A DNA stretch of 63,477 bases, filler included, from Reticulomyxa filosa (Eukaryota > Protista > Foraminifera), in NCBI GenBank assembly GCA_000512085.1. It is 17 parts of 17 records of this genome, joined end to end, with 100 filler letters (N's around TTAATTAATTAA, not from the genome) between each part and the next. Parts side by side here need not be neighbours in the genome. Positions count along the whole stretch, not along the records: positions 1 to 1,653 come from ASPP01012512.1; positions 1,754 to 5,422 come from ASPP01019163.1; positions 5,523 to 14,460 come from ASPP01024334.1; 14 more parts are not named here. The stretch is one strand, 5' to 3'. Position 1 is the first letter of the stretch, and every line of letters begins with the position of its first letter. The notes under the pieces are model-generated. The model did no database searches, was not told where the DNA came from, and worked only from the letters and a program-made list of their open reading frames with translations. This document shows, piece after piece, positions 1 to 13,616 of this stretch. The position numbers and the translations under genes were made by a program.

Positions 1-33
1 CAATGCTCATTTTTTTTTGAAAAAAAAAAATAG

Positions 34-1552
34 ACTCATTCAAGTAGTCAGATGAACCGAAGTATGTCAAATGGTGGCAATATACTATTCAACTCAAATG
101 AACTTGACTTTCCTCGTGTTCTGCCTTACACCGGGAACAATGGCGAAATTAACTTTGATGCAGATGAAGAATTGGTCAAGTCAGTGATGAAAATAGGTTT
201 GCAATAATTTATTTTTTTTTTTAATTAAAAAAAAAACAGACCAAGCAGGAACAAAAAAACTTTTTTTGTATGTGCACATAGATTCGCCACCGATGCAAAA
301 GTGCTCAAGTGAACCAATAAGTTTCATTCCAAAATTTTTTTTTGTACATTTTTTTTTTTTTTTTTTTTTTAAAGAAATAAATTGAAGTGATTAAAAGTAA
401 GAAAGCAACCAAATGTATGTGTCGTCCATTTTTTAATGTGTTGTGTATATGTGTGTGTGTGTGTGTGTGACAAAAGTGACGGAATGGTCGTTAAACGGAT
501 GCAACAACTTACACAAATCGCTGACGCTACCCAAGTCAGTGTCGGCAACGACAGTGATGAATACTTCTGTACTTCCACCTGCATCGACCTCAACATTGAT
601 GAGAAACTGCAGTAGTGGTGCTGGTACTCTCACATCGTCTCATTTTTCATTGGGCGGCCATTCCTCAACCAACACGAACACGAACACGGACACAAACACA
701 AACACAAACACAAATATGAACATGAACACTCATGTGAATTTTATGTGTGGCCCCACAGCCACTTCTTCCCATCTTCGTCTTTCCTCGCCCACTGGTACTA
801 GTATGGACAGTCATGGAGTCAGTTGTCATAGCTCTACTTCCACTTCTACTTCTACTTCTACCTCTAATTCTAATTCTAATTCCAACCCAAACTCAAATGT
901 AGTCACATATTCATCGCTATCATTCACAAATCACAACGACCACTATGTGACCATACCCTACACTTCCTCCGATAATTGCTGGCTGCCCGATTCCATCCCC
1001 GTTCACGCCCCTTTTGTCAATGCAATTGACGGGTTTGTCCGTTTCCATGTCCGCCCATATCTGGATCCGCAGCTGCAGTTGCAGCTGCTTCTACTCCTTG
1101 TTTTTACAATCATGGAAACAATAACAATAGCAATAACCATGACAATTCTAACAATAATAGCAACTGCAGCAATAATAGTAATTGTAACAGTAATAGTGAT
1201 AGCAATGGCAACATCAATAGTAATGGCAATTGCATTGGTAATGGTAATGGTAATGGTAATGATGGGACTCAAGATGCAACTATGGAATTTGTAGTTGCTC
1301 CAACGACGTCAATGTCCATCCCTTTGTGCAACGAAGAGTTGTTGAAGTTCCCTTATTCACACAACTGCTCAATGGACTTGCTTGTTTCCAGTGCCAACGA
1401 TGTGTGCAACTCCACTGGCTTCGACAGCACTGCCTCGTACGTATCCTTGTCCACCACTGGCATTTCTCCATCCGCCCACATGTTCCACGACGCCAACGAT
1501 GCAGGTGTTCATGCTGAAACATCTGCAACTGTTGTGAAGGGTAATGAAACAG
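34..1552 (+). CDS. Partial intron-containing gene for a low-complexity Ser/Thr/Asn-rich protein
   Basis: Exon-like segments bounded by AG/GT (33/34, 198-239, 1553). ORFs 443-1294 and 1282-1701 carry (TN)n, (TS)n and (NS)n tracts. No recognisable domain; at least one frame discontinuity. Confidence 0.45.
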
Positions 1553-1653
1553 GTATTTTTTTTTTTTTTTTTTTTTTTGTAAAAAACCAAAATCCTTTTG
1601 TCGGTATTGTTGCTTACTTGAAAAATTTGGAGGTCTTTTTTTTTTTTTTTATT

Positions 1654-1753
1654 NNNNNNNNNNNNNNNNNNNNNNNNNNNNNNNNNNNNNNNNNNNNTTA
1701 ATTAATTAANNNNNNNNNNNNNNNNNNNNNNNNNNNNNNNNNNNNNNNNNNNN
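1654..1753. other. Artificial contig spacer N44-TTAATTAATTAA-N44 (first of 16; others at 5423, 14461, 15648, 17873, 18973, 20351, 21685, 26301, 29881, 31958, 33484, 36754, 39603, 49339, 62238; each 100 bp)
   Basis: The same palindromic 12-mer, with stops in all six frames, is flanked by 44 N on each side 16 times. Composition and gene content change abruptly across spacers. Confidence 0.98.
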
Positions 1754-4700
1754 TTAAATTTTTAAGTTTTACTTATTAAGTGATAACTCGCTCACGTGTT
1801 GCTGGAGTCAAGGTGATGTCATTCATATCTTTTTTTAAAAAAAATTTGTTATAATGTACAAATCTGCATTAATGAACATGTCATAAGTACCCATTTCATT
1901 TTTCGTGCATTACACTTTTTTTTTTGAGTTATGGAAAAATGTGAAAACAATTTTTCATCAAAAAGATTTAGAAAGGCAGCTAGAAAACGAGAGAATTGAA
2001 ATATTCAAAAATTACACTGGTAATAGATATTAACAGTTAGTTTTTCTATTTAAATGAATTATCCTTATAAAGTGACTTGACATATCAAATTTTTGTCTTT
2101 AACTGTTGTCCTTTACACTCAGTGTATACGAACTTGAAGTCGGTCCAAGCACGTTTTGTGCATTGGGAAAGCTGACAACAGTTTATTATTTAAGCAATTT
2201 AATACTCAAGAAAGAGTGCTTGTGGTTTACTCTTGAATGATACGCATATCTGAAAGTTGATAAGAAAAAGAAATATAAGAAACGCCTATATTGCTGACTT
2301 TTAGCAGAATGAGATGAAATTTGAATTACTTTTGCTTATTTACAAATCAAACTATTCCACCACGTTGTGTCAACAAAAAAAATTAGTTTGATTTGATTTC
2401 AACTTAAAACTTATTCTTATTCAAATTACAATAACTATAAAAATTGGAACTAAGTTTTTTTCTTTGTGATACAACTTACATTTCAAGCATGTGATATTCA
2501 TGGAAACTTTTCAATACAAATAATATAACAATTTTTTAGATTGCCCAAAGAGTATTCTTTTAAAAGAAAATTGAACGGTGACTGGAACTTGTCTTTAACA
2601 ACCTTCCTTTTGAAATTGATATTAAAAGTTCAAAGAGTTTGTCATCTTACAACAACTTTAGATTTGTACATTAAAGATTAAAGTAGGATGGACCAATGGT
2701 TTTGACAAAATTGTTTTCAGTTATGTTGTTATGTTTCTTTTGTTTGCTTGTTTTTCATTCAGGGATAATTATTACCGAGACCAAATATGAACTCTTGTTT
2801 TTCAAGTAAACGAAAAGTCTCAACTGAATAAAAAGTAATTCTTTTCAGCAAGAAGCACGGTCTTGATAAAGAAAGCTGTACTTTGGTACAAAATGCAACT
2901 TTTCCTTTCTCAAAGGCAAGGTAAATCACAGTATTTATTAAAAACTCTAAAAAAATTACTCAACAGTCAAGCAGGAAAAGTCAAATCGTGGACAATTAAA
3001 CATGAACAAAGAAAGTATTACCACTCATGAATTAATTAATCATTATCCTCTCTTTCTTGAAGTTGTGCATTTTTTGATAGAGCACGATATTTTCTTTAAT
3101 TCTTTTCTAAAATACCTGTTTTGACTTATCACATGATTTTCTATTGATAAAAGACAATGCTAGAAGCAAGCAAAGTAAGAGATTTCCAAATTTTTTGCAA
3201 TATTTTTAGACAATTTCTTTGTGGCATTGAAGAATTAAATTGAAAAAACCAGAGATCGAGAAGAAACTGTATTGGTAAATGAGGGTTTTTGGCTATTTTT
3301 CATTAAGCAAAGAAAACAAGTAAAAACTTCATTACACAAACAATGTTCAATACCTTGCATAGACTTTATCCAAACCCATTTCTGCAAGTTAATGTTATTT
3401 TTTGGGCGCATCAAAAATTGGCTACAAAACAATAGCTTAAAAATCCAATGTTAAAATCAAATAATAGGAATACAACACGTTACGAAAACACAGATTGGAT
3501 TATCTTTCAATTTCATTTCAAGAATCACCTCATCTCTTACATCTTCTAAGTTAGTACAGAGAGAACAGTTTACTTCGTTAACTTAAAGTAAGAACATGAA
3601 ATATAAAAAACGGAATTAACCCTTTTTTAGAAACGCTTTGTTGATATTTCAAATGAAATCATTTGTATAGCTCATTTTACAATCTTTTTTAAAAGTTATT
3701 TTTGCATACAATTCTTTTAGGATTAGCTGACTTAAAAAACATACACAACTTTAAAAATGTGTCTTGGATTTGCTTCTTTTTGAACATATGCTTAAAATAA
3801 ATATATTATTTATCTAAAGAAATTAATGAATAAATCAAATGACTAGCTGATGCCATGTTCATATTTGCATGCGGACAATTTTATTGAAGGAATGAAATAA
3901 ATTTATTCTGAATGGATTTTATATTAATTTGTGATTTGAAAAGAAGATTGCATTAAACAATATTGTATTGGCAGCACAATATAATTTTGTTATAATTGAT
4001 AAATCAATTAAGATTGTCATCTTCAATTTGGTGTTGGCATAAAATGATTTCTTACATTCGAAAATAAGTACATGAATGACACTTTTTTTACGAAAGTATA
4101 ATCCTTATACTTAATAAAAATTTTTGTACAATTTAAATAAGAAATTCAATTTGTACTTATTAAGTGTTTTAAAGAAATTGTGTAGTAGCAATTATATGAT
4201 AGAATTTGTAAGATTTTAGTTCACTGTTGACAATGGCAATTACAAAAAATGATTGGTAAATTATCATCATTCATTATTCAAAAATATAAATTACAAAAAG
4301 AGCCAACCTCGAGCACTTTCGTCTTGTTTTCTTCGTTGTAGTTATGTACTATATCTAAAAACATACATGAAGAATTTTTTTAGTAAAAAAACAATTGATC
4401 AATACGCTTTTACGAAAGATTTAAAAAGGATTTCTATTTTTTAAATTTCTAAAAAACCTTTTTCATGTACTTTGCACACCTATCGCGAATATAAACAAGA
4501 ATTTGTCTCTTTTACACGTTTTAACGATATTTTAAAGCAAGAAACAAAGAACGGGCAAAAACTTTTCCTTTACCGAATTGCATTTTGAAAGATAAAAAAG
4601 TCCTAATGTGAAAGATTTTTCAAACTATGACGCAGATGATTACGAAGAGAAAAAGTGCACTAAGTTTTTTTATTGTTCTCTCTTTTATGTTTGGAATTTA

Positions 4701-4922
4701 TTAAGTTTATATAACAAAAAAACTTAGTGAATTAAATTTAAATTTGTACTTTTTTCTGATTATAATTTTTATTTTTGTTGTTTGGCCAAATCTGTCGTTA
4801 ATTAGTTTTGTAAGAGTAGTTATTAGAAATTTAGTGCAATCAGGCAACAACTTATTTATGATTATTTTTTTTGAAAGTATGCAACAAACTTGTTTAAGAA
4901 GGTAATTTGCAAATTTTATTTA

Positions 4923-5422
4923 TTATTGTTTATTTGTCTTTTTGTCTTTTTCAACAAATGGTACGCCATTATTGACTGTATGTCCTGCTGCAAATTTAAT
5001 AGAAGTGTATCCCAGATGTTTTTTTTCTTCAAGAAAAATAGAAAGTAAATTGATATCATGATTGCAGCAACGTCTTTCTATAAACTCTTTTTTCTTTTTT
5101 TCATATTTTTTAATATTGTTTGGATGCAACTTCCATGTTTCAAAGATAGATAAATATCTAATAGCTTGATTAATTTTTTCTTGGACACTTTGTAAAATTG
5201 TAAAGATAAGATTTAAGTCAATGGAATGATTCCACATTGCACTTATTTGCATAGTTTGTTGGATATACTGATCATATGCAACCCATGTCAATAATATCAT
5301 TTGTGTATATTTATCTTCACTCTCTACTTTTGCATTCCATGCATATTGTTCTTTATGTGTTTTCTCATCCGTACTGTGATATATCATTGATCTTGCAAAC
5401 AAAATTTCACGTTCATGTTTGA
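4923..5422 (-). CDS. Lineage-specific expanded hypothetical protein (5' truncated by contig end)
   Basis: 159-aa ORF open to the spacer. The motif 'THKEQYAWNAKVESEDKYTQMILLTWVAYDQYIQQTMQISAMWNH' resembles a multi-copy Reticulomyxa hypothetical family (recalled, not searched). Confidence 0.6.
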
Positions 5423-5522
5423 NNNNNNNNNNNNNNNNNNNNNNNNNNNNNNNNNNNNNNNNNNNNTTAATTAATTAANNNNNNNNNNNNNNNNNNNNNN
5501 NNNNNNNNNNNNNNNNNNNNNN

Positions 5523-6394
5523 CATATGCATATACATATGCATATGCATATGCGTAATACATTATGCATAATACATACATACATAACTTGAGCGACTTTA
5601 AGACATTCGTCACAACACCAAGTGAGACAATAGATAACAAAGCACGGCCAACAACAAGGGAAAATGCAAAAAGTGAGCAGCAAAATGCGATGATTGGACT
5701 CCTTCAATGCTTGCAAAATAGCAAATCGACAGAACACAAACACGCCAATGGCAAAGTAGACACACGCCAAGACACTAACGACGATCAATGCAGTGCTGTG
5801 ATGCTCACTGCCGTAAGCAATGCCATACACGACGCTGATCAACATTGGTATTAACAACAGCAGATACAAGGCAAATACGCGATTGCCTATTGTAAAGTTC
5901 CACATTTCTTGTGTCACGTCGTCTTTGTCGTACATCTTATTTCTCAATTGCCGATTCAACGTCTGAAATACGTATACACTAAAACTAATGTTCACTACAC
6001 TTACCACCATATTCGAGATCAACAGTTCGTACACTGTCTTTCTGGTGGTGGCTGTGTCGTCGCTTTCATTGCTGTTTGTTACCATTTCAACTATTCCCAA
6101 CACGCCACATACGACGCCCGACAAACCTAACAACAGGCTTACAAACAAACAACTCGATAGTGGCCTTTCGCACTTCTCGTTCGTGCATTGTGTCCAATGC
6201 GAACAACAATAACTGCAATTCCCAACCGACCACTCACCACTTTGTTTTAAACACTCTCCAACTGGACTGCACCCACTCGCCACGCATTCCGAGAATCGCA
6301 CACATGCTCCGCCCACCCAGTCAACAAAGTCAGTACAACCATTCACTAGATGACATGGTCTCACACAAAGCCAGCGACAAAGGATACCAGCCAT
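5523..6394 (-). CDS. Cys-rich multi-pass membrane protein (3' truncated)
   Basis: ATG at 6394. About 5 hydrophobic segments and Cys-rich N- and C-terminal regions (CSYCCSHW, FPCCWPCF, TWCCDEC). Likely intron donor near 5580. Confidence 0.65.
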
Positions 6395-6744
6395 TATTAT
6401 TAAGTTTTAGTATTATTATTATTATTATTATTATTAGTTTTTTTTTGCAGTAACTAAGTTCTTTTTTTGTGAGTTCTCCACTTGGCAAATTTTGATAACA
6501 AGCAAATCGCCTGTCTCAAAGTACTTCTTATAATTTACTTTTTGTAAGACGGTTCAGAGTTGCAAGACGTATTTTTTCCCTCTCCAACTTTATTTTTTTT
6601 TGTAACTTCAAAAAAAAAAAAAAAAGGGAGAGCAATATCTCAAAAAAAAAAAGGTCCTGTACGTGCTTTTTCACAATTTATTGTTTTTATTATTTTGGTT
6701 TGTTCGTGTGTGGGTCCAATTGGGTCTGCGAACTTGAGTGAGCC

Positions 6745-7593
6745 ATGTCTGACAACGAAGAAACTCAACAAGAAGCAGGAGACGTGAAGTCGTTGGATGA
6801 CATCAGCAAAGAATTCAAAGATTCGGTTGGCCATTTTCCTCACGATGTCAAACAATTGTTGGCATACTGCAAACAAAAAAATTACGCATACAAATTCACC
6901 GAAATCAATAAATGGTGGCCAGGAAGGTTTGTTCAAAACAACATAGTCCTCACCAAACGATACGTGTGTATATACCCTATCTTTTTCAAAACAAAGTGAG
7001 AAAGCTGGGCTTTAAAAAAAAAAAAAAAAAATAGAGAAATCAAAGAACAAAAAAAGCTTGGAAAACCTATAAATGCCGACGAATACAAAGACGAAAAGTA
7101 AGTTGTGTTTAAATCATTACATTTTTTTTTTTTGCAAAGCTATATAGTATACGTACTTTAAGAGCACGAAAGTATGATGGGGGAAAAATAAATAAATAAC
7201 TGATATAGATTATTGTTTGTTTGTTTATTTTTTGTCTTTGCTGTTGTTTGAATATGCGGGAACATCAATCGTTGTGTTGGAAAACGTGGAACGTAAATCG
7301 ACCAATAACATAAATCAAAAAGCACGTCAGGCGCAAAAGGAAAGACTGAAAGTGGTGCTGCGACGACGACAGAAGAAAAGGCCAACACGGAGGAAACAGC
7401 CTCTGCGGAGAAGACAGAAGAGGCCACCAAATCAACGGAGGAAGAAGCCACTTCTGGGGATGCTGAAACTGCCGCCAATAACGAAAATGAAAATGAAAAT
7501 GAAAACGCAAATGAAGAGGCAAATGAAGAGGCAAATGAAGAGACAAATGAAGAGGCAAATGAAGAGACAAATGAAGAAGAAGAAGAAAATTAA
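6745..7593 (+). CDS. Spliced gene for a small protein with an acidic Glu/Asn/Ala/Thr-rich tail
   Basis: MSDNEETQQ... exon, an A18-TAG acceptor near 7034, and a final exon STSGAKGKTE...NEEANEETNEEEEEN ending at TAA 7591-7593. Confidence 0.6.
7508..7579 (+). repeat. 12-bp coding tandem repeat (CAAATGAAGAGR) x~6, encoding NEEA/NEET
   Basis: Directly visible in the sequence. Confidence 0.9.
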
Positions 7594-8371
7594 TTTGTAG
7601 CAAAGTCGCACTAACCCAAAACCGATATCTTTTACTAACAATGTGGTGAAGGAGGGAGGGCTTTTTCAAAGGTGTAATGAAGAAAATATTATTATCTTTT
7701 TTTTTTTACGTTGGGTGTATTTTTTGTGAGCCCTTTCGGAAAATAAAGGATGTTGGTTTGAGTGAAAAAAACAAAAAGTGAGCGATTGGGTCCAATTTTT
7801 GTTTACTTTTTTTTCCAAAGAAAATGCCTTCAATCCACCAATTTGATGATGATTTCAAAAAAAACCATTGTTGAAAAAGCCGGTACTTCTTGCAAACTTT
7901 TCAACAAAAATTTCTTTATTAACGCAAATTTCAGGATGTAAAACGCAAAATTTTGAACTTCTGTTGACATCATACGCAATATTTGATGTTCCAATTTTTT
8001 GAAGAAAAAACAACTTCATGAGGGTGACACAAAAAAATAAAATCTTCTATTAATTACAACAAACTGATTTTTTCTCAAATTTAAAATATAAACTATTTAT
8101 CATGTTTACATCACATGTTATAATTCTGCTTTTTAATAAATTTGCAATAAATATAGTTTGTTTTTGTTAATAAACAAGTGAGGAATGAAACACAATGAAT
8201 TGAAAGAGGAATTTTGAGTAATATCAATTTGTAAGATTTGCAAATTACTGTAATAATCAAAATCAAAATCAAAAACTCAACATTATATTTAAAACAAATC
8301 ATTGAAAATTTATCCAGAAGCTCTTATTGCAACATAAAATGGTAAATTCAAAAAACTTTCATGATATATGT

Positions 8372-9760
8372 TCAACCCCAAACACCAATAATACCACGCA
8401 TTGAGCCATAACAGATATTAATGCAATAACCAAAATCATCGTTGCTTTTACTTTTCTTTTTTAATTGTAAAAACTTAAGAGATGTTATTTCTTGACTTCT
8501 TTTGATCGAATATAATTCTATCTTACTTGATCGAATATCCCAAAATCGAATTGTATAATCAGATGACGCAGAACATATCACATTTGAATTGGCTTCAGCT
8601 GTACTATTCTTTATTACAAATTGTGAATATTCAACTGCATTCACAGCACTTGTATGTCCATTGAATAATTGAATCTGTTTACTAGATCGGATATCCCATA
8701 AACGAACACTGCGATCATTTGACCCAGATAATATTGTATTTGAACCACCAATCATTTCTAATTCACTTGATCCATATTTTACACTATTCACAAAACCTAT
8801 ATGTCCTTTGAATACATTTAATTGTTTGGTTGTTTCAATGTCCCATATTCGAATGGTTTTATCACTTGATCCAGAACAAGCTGTATATCCATTTCCACCA
8901 ATCACACCAATACTATTACTTTTATTATTATTATTATTATTGATATTACTTTGCAATGGTGAAATAGCAACACACAAAACATCATTTTTATGTCCATTGA
9001 AAACATGTAGTGAATTGGATGTTTCAACATCCCATAAACGAATTGTTTTGTCACGTGATCCAGAACACAAATATCTACCACCATTAAATGATGAAAATTC
9101 AATACCACAAACTCCAGCAGTATGTTTGTTGAATGCTTGCAATTCTTGAGTATGTTTGATATCCCAAAAACGAATGGTATTGTCAAGTGATGAAGAACAA
9201 ATAATACCACGACGATTATTATAACAATAATATTGTGAAAATTTCACACAAGTTACATAATCTAAATGCCCATTGAACAATTGGACTTGTTTATTGGTCT
9301 CTATATTCCATACACAAACGGTTCTATCACTCGATCCAGAGCAAATGAATTGACGATTATCAAATATAAAGCAATCAAGACTGTTCACTCGATCAGTGTG
9401 TTGTTTGAATGCTTTTAGTAATTTGGATGATGAATGAAACTCATCGAACGTGAAAAAATTATTTGCCTATATTAAATTATAAACATAAACAAATAAATAT
9501 TTGTTATCGAATAAACAAATAAACTTAACATATTTGACAACAAGCTTGTCAAAATTTTGGATCCATCCTAATTTAACATTTAATATTCGAATCCAATGTT
9601 GGATAATTTTTTGTATCTCTTCTTCTTCTGACTGATTCCATCACAATTACAAATCACACACAATAAAAGACCTAAAGGTAATTAGTTTACTGAAAGATTC
9701 AAAAAAGCTTACCAATGGCAGTTGCATTGACATTTTGTTTTTATTTCTTAAAGTAGGCAT
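8372..9760 (-). CDS. WD40-repeat protein, copy 1 (two short 5' exons plus a long WD exon)
   Basis: Repeated GH...SGSxDxTIRxWD motifs in ORF 8372-9388. Upstream exons MPTLRNKNKMSMQLPL|gtaag and EEEEIQKIIQHWIRILNVKLGWIQNFDKLVVKY|gttaag. Confidence 0.92.
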
Positions 9761-9959
9761 TCTTTCAGCTTTTTTTTCTCGTAAGATATTGAATAGCAAT
9801 AGTCCACACATAATGATTATGTGTGGCATAATCATAATCATTATGTATGGCATAATCATTATGTCACACAAAGCATTGAGTAGCCTTGACAACAAACGAA
9901 ATGTATCAAGCATTAAGACAGAGTTTTTTGGAACCTTTCATTGTTTTTGAGATAAAGTT

Positions 9960-10235
9960 CAGTTTTTTGTCTTTTATCATCTAAAAAGATTTGATTGTTG
10001 TAAACTCATTTGTTCTGGATTAGATGACAAAAACATCCAAATTGAGCGCATTATATAAAATTTTTACAAGTCATTATCATACTTCATCGTAATACCATTG
10101 TTTCATCAGCTGACGAAACAATTCGTTTTTTGGGATATCAAAGATAATAGACAATTGCAAGCGTTTAACAAACATACCAATTATGCTTGTAGAATTGGAT
10201 TTTCACCATTTAATGATAGATGTTTGGGGAGACAT
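9960..10235 (+). pseudogene. Inverted, heavily deleted WD40 fragment
   Basis: Reads ICSGLDDK and ETIRFWDIKDNRQLQAFNKHTN...IGFSPFN on the + strand. Nearly matches the reverse complement of about 11230-11300. Frameshifted. Confidence 0.75.
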
Positions 10236-10510
10236 TTATCATCGCTTTTTTTTTTTAAATCTTTGAACAGCAAACTTATAATTCTTGTAATATTTGGGCT
10301 ATTTATTTTCATAATAATTTTGTCATAAACAATTAATTTAAATTAACTATTTTATTTTTTTATATGCTAAATATTGTTATATTGATCAAAAGAATGTACA
10401 GTTGAATGATTACAAATAGAAATTTAATTAGAGAATATAAATGCTTGAAATATGTGCAATTAGTGGAAAAATATTTCACAAACAAATCTTTTTCTTTTAA
10501 AAAAATGAAA

Positions 10511-11852
10511 CTACCCCCAAATATGAATTGAACCATTATTTAAACCATAACACAAATTAACATCAATATCATTATTTCTTTTTTTGTTATTTTTTAATTG
10601 TAGAAATTTAAAACACAATATTCCATTTTTTTCTTTGATGACATATACTTCTTTTTTATTTGATCGAATATCCCAAAATCGAATTGTGCCATCACTTGAT
10701 CCAGAACATATTACATTCGAATTGGCACTAACTTCGATATTCTTTATTGCAAGTGGTGAATATTCAACAGACCATGTGGTATTTGTATGTCCATTGAACA
10801 CTTGAATTTGTTGACCAGATCGAATATCCCACAAACGAATACTTTTATCCGATGATCCAGATAATATTGTATTTGCATCACCATTGATCATTAATTCTTT
10901 CGATCCATATTTTACGCATCTAACCCAATTTTCATGTCCTTTAAATAAAATTAATTGTTTGGTTGTTTCAATATCCCATATTCTAATGGTTTTATCAAAT
11001 GATCCAGAACACATTGTATATCCATTTCCACCAATCACACCAATACTATTACTTTTATTGCTATTGTTATTGCTTTGCAATGGTGAAATATCCACACACC
11101 AAACACATTTTTCATGTCCATTGAAGACATGTAATGATTTATATGTTTCAACATCCCATAAACGAATTGTTTTGTCATACGATCCAGAACACAAATATCT
11201 ACCTCCATCAAATGACGAGAACTCAATTCCATAAACATGGTTAGTGTGTTGATTGCATATTTGTAATTGTCGATTATCTTTGATATCCCAAAAACGAATG
11301 GTTTTGTCTTCTGATGAAGAACAAATAACACTACGACAGTTCATGTAATGATGATATTGTGAAAATTTCACACAATTTACGTTACTTGAATGTTTATTAA
11401 ATGATTGGATTTGTTCATTATTTTTTACATTCCATAAACAAACTGTTGTATCTTCTGATCCAGAACAAATGAATTGATCATCATTGAATGTGAAACAGTC
11501 AATACTATTTACAAAATTGGTATGTCCAGTAAATGTCTTTAGTAATTTAGCTGACAAACGAAACATCTCGAGCATGAAGAAGTTAGTTGCCTATATTAAA
11601 TTGTAAAAAAATAAATATTTGTCATTCAATAAAACAAAAATAAAGCAAATAAACTTAACATATTTAATAACAATTTTGTCGAAATCATTGATCCATCCCA
11701 ATTTAATGCTTGATATTCGAGTCCAATGTTGGATAATTTTTTTGAACCTCTTCTTCGTCTGACTAGCTTAACCACAAACACAAATCAATACAATAGATAA
11801 CCAGCTTTGGAAAGATTGAAAAGATTCTTACCAATGATAGTTGCATTGACAT
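10511..11852 (-). CDS. WD40-repeat protein, copy 2
   Basis: 354-aa ORF 10511-11575 with WD repeats, the same 5' exon structure as copy 1, and the shared C-terminus LCYG..GSIHIWG. Confidence 0.93.
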
Positions 11853-12683
11853 TTCTTTTTTGTTCTTCCCTTGAGATCTTCTAAGATGAAATGAAAAACT
11901 ATTTGAACTTTTTTACCTCAAATCAACGAAAGTATGTTAAAAAATTTATAATCAAATATCATTAAATTTGTTTCAGTTGTTTAAAGGAATGAATAATTAC
12001 GTTTTATTTCACATTTTTTGGATGTTTATATTCATTAACCTTATATTTTGTGCATTAACTTTTTTTTTGAAAAACGATTATTGGAAATTTTAATTTTGGA
12101 ATGATTCAATGCAAAATTAAAAAAATCTTGTGTAGATGATTATAATCCATTGCAATTTTAATAGATAAATTATAAAGAGATCACAGCATTTGATTTTTTT
12201 TTTGAAATAAAAAAGATATTTAATGATAACGATAATGGAATAAAAATGTAGTGTCTAACATTGAAGTAATACTTTGATATATTCTTGTTTTAACTTATTG
12301 AATGAAAAGAAGTTTATTAATAGTTGTAATTTGTTTGCTCTCTTTAGTTAGAGAAAATTTTAATAATAATGTATTATTTTTTTGTATCCTGTGCAGGAAT
12401 AAAATTGTTTATTGGTAAAGAAATACAAAAATTCAAAGGTTGTTTTGAAATAATTTCAATGATTAATATTTTTTACCATATGATGAAAGAATTGTATCAT
12501 GTTCTTGATAGATAAATATTTGCATGTAATTTTGAGTAATGATAAGAATACAGCTGCTTTTTTATATGCAATGATCTGAAAAAATATTATATAATGTTTC
12601 AAAAGTTGTATCTTCACAAAAATTTACTTTTATTTATTTCACACAAAAAGAATAGTTGTTTCGTTGCTGTTTAAAAAATGACA

Positions 12684-13271
12684 CTATCCCCAAATACAAA
12701 TAGAGCCATTATATAAACCATAACACAGATTGATTGTTTAAATTGTAGAACTGTAAGAGAATATACTCCAAAATTTTCTATATCTCGATTCATCAAATAT
12801 CATTATTTGATCGAATATCCCAAAATTGAATTGTTCCATCACTTGATCCAGAGCATATAACATTTGAATTACCAGCATGTTCGGTATTGAATAATCAATA
12901 CTTAACACCCAATTGATATGTCCTTTGAATGTCTTGAGTAATTTAGATGATGAATAAAATGTATTGAGCATGAAGAATGTAGTTATCTGTGTGTTAAATA
13001 TACATATTTGAATATTTTAATTGTTATTGAATAAAAAAAAAAAAAACAATGATACGTAACATAATTGGCAACAATTTTATCAAAATCACGGATTCATCAT
13101 AATTTAATATTTAACAATTATTTTAATTTCTTCTTCTTCTGATAGATTTATCTTAAATCACATTCAATCAAATCTTACATAACAACTAGCTTTGCTAAAG
13201 GATGTATTGACGTGAACTTACCACTTGTCGTTGTGTTGAAGATACTTTTTTTTTTCGAGAGAATTGCCCAT
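12684..13271 (-). pseudogene. WD40 paralogue with large internal deletion (copy 3)
   Basis: SSSKLLKTFKGHINWVLSIDYS is joined almost directly to the last repeat (NSNVICSGSSDGTIQFWDIRSN) and the terminal CYGLYNGSICIWG. Frameshifts; most of the repeat region is missing. Confidence 0.85.
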
Positions 13272-13616
13272 TTTGCAACTTCTGTTCTTTCTCTTGAGTT
13301 TCTCATAGATGATGATATAAGATTAAAAAATTTGAACTTTTTTCTCTCCGTGAAGGCCTAAAGAATCAAGGAAATAATTCATTTTAGTCTTTTTTAATAA
13401 CATCTTCATTGATCTTGCAAGAAAAAGTGAAATTAGTGTTTTCGTTTGATATCAACTCAAAAAGGAAAAATAAAAAATGACCACTCACAGCTGATAAGTT
13501 TCGGTTCAATCTTTCAAAAACTTCTTGCAAAGATTAAATGAAAAATAATTTGAAGATTGATTCAAAAGAAAAGATTAGTCCAAAAATTTTGAATAACGCT
13601 ATTATAAAATACGATA

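Noticed and set aside
1090-1294. Long hydrophobic 'transmembrane' tail of ORF 443-1294
   Set aside because: It is an off-frame reading of AAT/AAC/GGT repeats. The Asn/Ser/Gly-rich frame runs into ORF 1282.
1754-4900. Possible decayed HEAT/ARM-type coding remnants
   Set aside because: Only short stop-riddled ORFs; no motif I can support.
7217-7669. ORFs with (QMKR)n or (LFIC)n repeats
   Set aside because: They are alternative frames of the 12-bp NEEA repeat.
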